NCBI GenBank assembly: GCA_023213395.1 | Contig: CM041465.1 | Span: 195,183,741 to 195,247,740 of the forward strand | DNA: 64,000 nucleotides | Direction of reading: 5' to 3' | Source of the DNA: Cycas panzhihuaensis | Lineage: Eukaryota; Plantae; Cycadophyta | Part shown: in pieces, positions 57,501 through 64,000 of the stretch | Layout of the letters: each line of letters starts with the position of its first letter | How positions within the stretch are numbered: the first letter of the stretch is position 1 | Translations under genes and position numbers: made by a program | Notes under the pieces: model-generated | What the model was told of the DNA's origin: nothing | The model's database searches: none | What the model saw: the letters and a program-made list of their open reading frames with translations, nothing else

Positions 57501-59176
57501 ATGAACAGATAATAAGCCAGTTGAAAAAGGACCTTGGCAAAACATTTGAATCATCTAACCTCAATTTGATGCAATATTACTTGGAAATTGAAGTAACACA
57601 AAAGAATGGAAAAAATTTTCTCTCCCAAGAAAAATACATCAATGATCTTCTAACCAAATTTCTGTTAGAAGATGCTCAACCAGTGATTTTACCTATGGAC
57701 CCTAATACCAAACTCTCAGTTGAAGGTGATACTAGGGAGGTAGATGTAATGCTCTCCAGGAAACTTATAGGTAGTCTTACCTACAGTACCAATACAAGGC
57801 TAGATATTGCACACTCTGTCAGTATTCTTACTCGTTACATGACAAATCCTAAGTAGAATCATTGGTAGGTAGCAGTGCAAACATTGAGATACCTTAAGAT
57901 GACTAACAAATATGGTCTATTATATAAACCTAATTTAGACTTCAAAATTTTTGCATACACAGACTCAGACTTTGTAGGAGATAAAGATACAGGAAGATCT
58001 ATGTATGGGTATGTAATATTTCTTGGAATAACACCAATATCATAGAGATTCAGACGACAAAAGATAGTTGTCAACTATAGAAGCTGAATATATTGCTACT
58101 TCTGAGACTAATAAGGAGGTGATATGGCTTAGAAAATTATTGGAAACATTGAATATCATCCAAATAAGTCCTACCAACCTTCATATAGATAATCAATCAG
58201 TAATCCATATGGTAAAAATTCCTATATTTCACGATCATACCAAACACATAAGTACAAAAGTCCACAAGATTAGAGAACTTATTCATAACGGTATAATTCA
58301 ACTAGAATACTGCCCCACAGTAGATCAAGTGGCCGATATCTTTACCAAACCACTGCAAAAGGTGAAGTTTGAACAGTTTCGAAGGTAGCTTGGCCTTAGG
58401 GCCTCCATCTTTAACTAATCAAAGAAGATGGCAATATGATTAGCATACTCTATTTTCTCTGTGAAAATCCCTTGTGGACGCAGAAGAATACGAGTAAGTC
58501 TCTACTATATCCTATTTGTGAAAACTCCATGTGGGTATGGAAGGATAAGGGTTGTATTAGTTTTGGAAAATCAGAACCTATGAAAACCCAAAAGGGCATA
58601 GGGGATGACTAAACAGTATATGGAGACTCAGCAGATTAAGTTGCATATTTAATTTGCCTAGTTATCAGGCTACATTAAAGAGCCACCTTATTTATTTTAA
58701 TTTATAAAAAGGGCTATAGATCGTAGAAAGTCTGTGGGTTTTTATTTCCCATGAGGGTTTTCCCACAAAAGTGTCATTTAGAATTCAATGTAATAATGAG
58801 GCTCGAATAAAGACCTCATAGAATAAATTTTCTCAAAATGACCTTCCACCATTAAGGGGGGGATTGATAAAGGTTAATATATCAAGGTCATTTGTATAGA
58901 TTAATTATATAACCTTAGGATATATTATTGGCATTAATCTCTTAATAAAATATGCTTTATGTGCATTTAAATGTAATTTTAGATTCATGTCATTAGGCAG
59001 GAAAATCCTAACCCTAATGCTCACCCTCAATAATAAAAGGTGAAATCTCAAGGAAGGAGTCATTATTCATTCTCACATCCAAGCTTAGCTCTTATATATT
59101 GTTTCATCTCTTTTTCATTCTCCATTGCCATTATGTACATATGAGTGATTTATTCCCTAGATCCATCATTTCTTTA
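51593..59176 (+). mobile_element. Full-length Ty1/copia LTR retrotransposon, copy B (same family as copy A, more decayed)
   Basis: LTRs at 51593-51904 and 58865-59176, degenerate PBS TAGTATCAAAGC at 51907-51918, PPT at ~58854-58863. Perfect TSD AGGAG (51588-51592, 59177-59181). Colinear with copy A throughout. Confidence 0.96.
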
Positions 59177-62100
59177 AGGAGTAGAAACCAATCCTTAATT
59201 AAGCTTGTTAAAAGGATCATGGATGACTATGGTCCACTCGAAAGGGGCTCACCTTTTAAGGAGGTTTATAAGGGGCTTCATATTTAGAGTGAAGTCAATA
59301 GTGAATTGTTGAACAAACCCTAGTCTCTTAAGAAATGACTTGACTTATTTTTTGTTATGAGGTGGGAGCATTTTAATTATGGCCTTTACCTTATTAGAGT
59401 CTACCTTGATGCCATCCCTTAAAATGATGTTCCCTAGCATCTTACCTAAGGTAATAATAAATACACATTTATTAGGATTAAGGTAGTACTGATATTCTCG
59501 ACATCTTTCAAAAATGGTTCTTAGATCATAGATGTGTTCTTTCTTGTAACATAATAACCCTAACATAACATCAACATGGGCTATTGATAGGTAATCCTTA
59601 TATTCTTTAGGCCAAATGGCATAACCTTATAAGTGAATATTCCCCATGGTGTAGTGAATGTTATCTTGTGGTGGTTTTTATGTGAAGTAAAAATTTGGTT
59701 ATGCCTTAAGAAATTGTCCATGAGAGATATTACTTCAAAGCCAATAATTTGATCTTAGATTTGATTAATGAAAGGCAGTGAAAAATTATCCTTAAGACAC
59801 ACATGATTGATATCATGAAAATCAATATAAATATAAATGGAACCATTGGTTTAGGTGATAAGAATATCATTTGATATCCATCGAGAATAATCTATCATTT
59901 TAATGAAGTTGGCTTTTAATAGCTTTTCGATTTCCTATTTGATGGCTATAGAGAGGTTACCTATGAATGGGCTTTTGCCTTTGCTACTTAAGCTTAATCC
60001 TAAGAATGATAATAATGTTCTGGACTATGAAATTAGGATATAGAACTTTGATATCATTATAGTCCCAAGTTAAGATCAAAGAGAACTCCCTAAATAATTC
60101 CTTGAGTTACTAGATTTCAATGAGTAAGCACTTAGCTCCAACCTTAATTACCTTAAGCTTGTCATCAATTAACAAGTCAATGTCAATGGTCTCACCTATA
60201 AGCATGGCATTGCCCTCCTTAGAGTGAGGGGGAGCAAGCTCTTAAGGAGGTGAGAGAGTATGAGTATCCTAACCTAGATTGGATAAGGGCAAATTATGAG
60301 GAATATGTTTGGTGAAGCTAAGCTTATGATGGTTAAGTGAGAAGTTAAGAGAAGTTCCAACTACATGTTCCAAGATAGACTCATCATTTTTAAAGTGATT
60401 GAGGTTGAAAATAGTTCTTATAATTACATCCTCCTAGTGAGGAGAGTCTTGAATAGGTAAATCAAACATGTGAAACTCTTGTTGGAAGGCATTAGAAGTA
60501 TGGAGAAAAATACCAACAAGAGTGGTTGCCTATGGTGAAAGACCTATCTAATGGGGGAAATCCTAATTGAGCTAGGTAAATAGATCAAATTATGAATTAT
60601 GGGTAAGGTGAGGAGGGAAATCAAAAGAGAAGTTAATGAGGGGAAGAAGTAACTTTATCACCATTAGAAAGGAGGTCTCCAATAGGGTGACATGAATGAG
60701 GGTCATTAAGTATAAAAACTATAATAATCATATTAACCTCTCTTACCCCTTTCTGAATTCCTACTAGAGGTGGTTTAGTTATAAAATACTATTTGAGTCC
60801 TAATGAATAGAAAGGGGAAGAAGATTCCCCTTCCTTAAATATCATATTAATGAGTGGGGTAGATTGTTTAATAGGCTTGTTTTTATGCTTAATGACTTTG
60901 AGCTCACCATCATGTATAAATATAAGCTTACTAGAAAGTGAAGAGTAAATCATTGATATTTAGCTAATCCATGGCCAGCCTAATAACATATTATACTCTA
61001 GGTCAAGATTGAGAATGGTCAATTTAGCCATGACCATCTTTCTTGCAAGTGTAAGTGGAAGGGTAACTTGATTAATATGTGTATTTTAGTTTTTATCCCT
61101 AGCATACCCGATTTACAAGCTTAAATGATAATACCTCTAAGTCCTCTAAGAGTAAGAGAGATGGAATTTAATAAAGATCCTTCATTAGCTATGCATTACT
61201 TGATGTTCATATCTACTTTAAGGATCTTAATATAGAAGGAGATCATGTCATTATGATTCCTCTCCTCCTCACTAGCTAATATGAAGGGATAGAACGATAA
61301 AGTTGGTTTGGTAGGTAAAGTAGGTCTAGGCACCCTGAGGGTATTAAGTAAGAGTTGACTTTAGTTAGGGCAACTCTTTAGGAGATCCATGATAAGAATT
61401 CATGCTAAGCTAATCTTTAGTTCTTCTACAAGTGAGAAGGTAGCTTGTTTAGTATATTATGAAATAGACCTAAAATGAATAAACGTAATTGGCACTTAAG
61501 TAGGAGGGTTTGAAGATTTAGATGAGGAATCTCTATTAAGGGATTTAGATGAGGTGGGGGTCTTGGTAACCTATACCATACTATTATATTTTTAGGCTCT
61601 CCACCCTTAAGAGGTAGTTTATTCTAAGGAGTTTTTTTTTTAAAGTCTCTTTTAGGAGATGGGGGAACATTTCTTCTTTGACTTAGATTCATAGTCCTTG
61701 ATATCATTGTCATCATGGGTCTTGTCTTTGCCTTTATCCTCAAGGGACTTCTTACTATGTTCATGTAATGGGTCTTTTCAGATTAATTGATCCTAATTAG
61801 GATGGGAAGTAGACTTGTCACTAGCCTAACCATGCTAAGTAAAAACCTTAATTTTGTAATAATCATCATGGTCATGTGAGTCAGTCCTCTCATAAAGATA
61901 CCAAGGTGTCTATTTAGGAGGTTAGCTTTTGGGGTCTTACTTTTTCTTCTATTTGATATAACGAATGAATTTTGTATCTTTCTTAGCTTTTAGGGGATGG
62001 GAGGGTTTAATGTATAACTTGATATTAATGGACCTCTCCAAGGCTCGAACAATATAAGTATGATAATCATAAGTACGACTACCTTGTGGAAGTTTTGATT

Positions 62101-62351
62101 ATTGGGCAAAGTTATATTTGTCTCTAAGTGTATGTGGCTTACCTAATTTCTTAATTATAGATTGGATCTCAAATGCTTTAAGAGCCTAGAATGTTTTGAT
62201 GGTTTTTGTTGGAACATGAAGATCAAAGCTAACTCGAGTTGATAAACCACTCTATGTCCTTAGCCTATAGGGTATTTGGGAATAATCATATCATAATATA
62301 GTCATAGGGGATGTAATTGGTACAAGTAAGGGCAAGAGCCTTATCATGGCT
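59177..62351 (-). mobile_element. Tat Ty3/gypsy host element: gag-PR-RT part (decayed); continues at 51592-51526
   Basis: Minus-strand RT remnants (LNPNKCVF, GKMLG, GIKVDSNKVKAI..MLPPHN). The reading continues across copia B as PTFTLLNFDNSFNLYISSIKN, then across the chromovirus as SLEGMLAQED. Confidence 0.8.
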
Positions 62352-64000
62352 TGTCAGGTCTTAGGTTGGCTCTCCTATGAACTTGGGAAACTCTAGGATG
62401 AAAGGAGGTGGTCATGTATATAAGACTTCCTTTGAAGAGATCCTAAATTAGTCCTACTTATAATAACATAAAGAAAACTAAAAATAAAAGCTAAATAAGA
62501 TCTCTTAAGACCCAAATGGTCAAAAGACCCCAAATGGATTAACTCACAAAAAATGATTTACAAGTGAATAATAATCCTCTATTTATTGGTGTCAAATTTA
62601 ACCATGCTTGAAAAATCTGACTTCCTAATAATAAACCAAATCTAAATAATATACCTATATCCTAATAATATTTGAGATCAACTTCTAATAAATAATTTTA
62701 TTAATTCCCATAATTACCTTAGGTTATAACAAGTCCCTTCCTAGAAAACTCACTTTTCCCATAAAGCATAGGTAATGATCAATGATCTAGGATGAATTGT
62801 TTATTTTTCCAAGTTGCCTCTTATCATGGTAGCCCTTTCCATTTAATCAAGTATTCTATATTATTTTGTGATTTGAATATATGCTAGTAGGTATCCACAA
62901 TGGATTTAGGTTCTATCATGAGCCTCCCCTCCTCATCTATCATGGATAGTTTAGTTATTGTCTCTATGTGATATCCTATCTTTACTTTAAGGTTAGACAC
63001 ATAGGAGATATTATGAATCTTACTTTCTTCTAGCATATTGAGGGCATAAGCTACTTCTCCAACCCTTCTCCAAATTTTATATGGGCCATAAAATCTTGGT
63101 GCTAGTTTGTATTTAGTTTGCTATTTGATGGAGGTTTGTTTATATGGATGTAGTTTTATATAAACCCAGTCTCCTTCTTTGAATTATCTTTCAATTCTCT
63201 TTTGGTCTATTTGTTGTTTCATCTGATTCCTTGTGATGTCATAGTTTTTCTTAAGCTCTTCTAAAATTCTTTTAGATTATATGATCAATTCCTTTTTCAT
63301 TGGGGTGTTTATTGTATTTTGAATATAGTCCATTGGTGTAGGAGGTGGGTAACCATATAATGCCATGAAGGGTGTTGCTTTAATGGATGCATGGTAATTA
63401 ATGTTATACAAATGTTCAACCAAGTAAATCTATTTTAACCATGTGTACTAGTTATCTCTAGCATAATAATGTAGGTATGTTTCCAAAACTTTGTTGATTA
63501 CTTTAGTTTGTTTATCTATTTGGGGGTGGTATACTGTGCTCATGGATAATGGGGTCCTTACCAATTTGAATAAATCCTTTTAAAAATAACTTGTAAATTT
63601 AGGATCCCTATTGTTAATTAATTTTTTAGGAAACCCATGTAATCTATGGATATTCTCCATGAATATTTCAACTATTTAAGATGGCTTATATGATGATTAA
63701 ATAGGAATAAAAAGTCTATATTTTGTCAAGAGATTAACCACTATAAATAATGCATTTTTTATTCCTAATTTTCGAAGGCTAGTTATAAAGTCCATAGAAA
63801 TTTCTTTCCATTCTTGCTCAGGTCATGTAACATTCTTGGAGTTTATATTGATTTCACTTTTTATCTGTCGTAAGTCTCACATTCCAAAATAAACTTCTTT
63901 ATGTTGACCTTCATCCATCTCTATTAAAATGATCTCCTTATCCTATCATAGATCTTAAGGAACCCTGAGTGTCCAACTATGGGTGAATCATAATGTTCTT
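62352..64000 (-). mobile_element. 3' part of a second chromovirus-like Ty3/gypsy element (integrase C-terminus, PPT, 3' LTR ~62731-62352)
   Basis: The minus strand has KLAPRFYGPYKILERVGEVAY. Its PPT, ttttctaggaagggact|TG at 62731, resembles that at 49047-49064. The LTR end is approximate. Confidence 0.75.

Overview
Plant nuclear DNA, probably from a large, heavily methylated gymnosperm-type genome (an inference from the TE load, the pervasive C>T/G>A decay and a Tat element with aRH after INT). The only intact host gene is THIC (phosphomethylpyrimidine synthase) on the minus strand. Its predicted coding exons are 5841-5507, 5077-4950 and 4821-3293 (663 aa), and the first coding intron has a GC donor. 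Its 3' UTR carries a complete TPP riboswitch aptamer (2847-2731). This aptamer lacks the P2-embedded AG acceptor used in Arabidopsis and is instead flanked by two strong acceptors, which suggests a different riboswitch splicing layout. The rest (about 9-64 kb) is decayed, nested retroelements. These include a 5'-truncated L1 LINE with TSD and poly(A), and a non-autonomous LTR element with reiterated PBS copies. An old minus-strand Tat Ty3/gypsy host has taken two independent insertions of one Ty1/copia family and one chromovirus. That chromovirus has a tailless LINE in its 5' LTR and a ~1.9 kb (TA)n array with an inverted repeat in its 3' LTR. Part of a second chromovirus lies at the window end. 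All coordinates were read by eye, and splice sites are predictions without transcript support.
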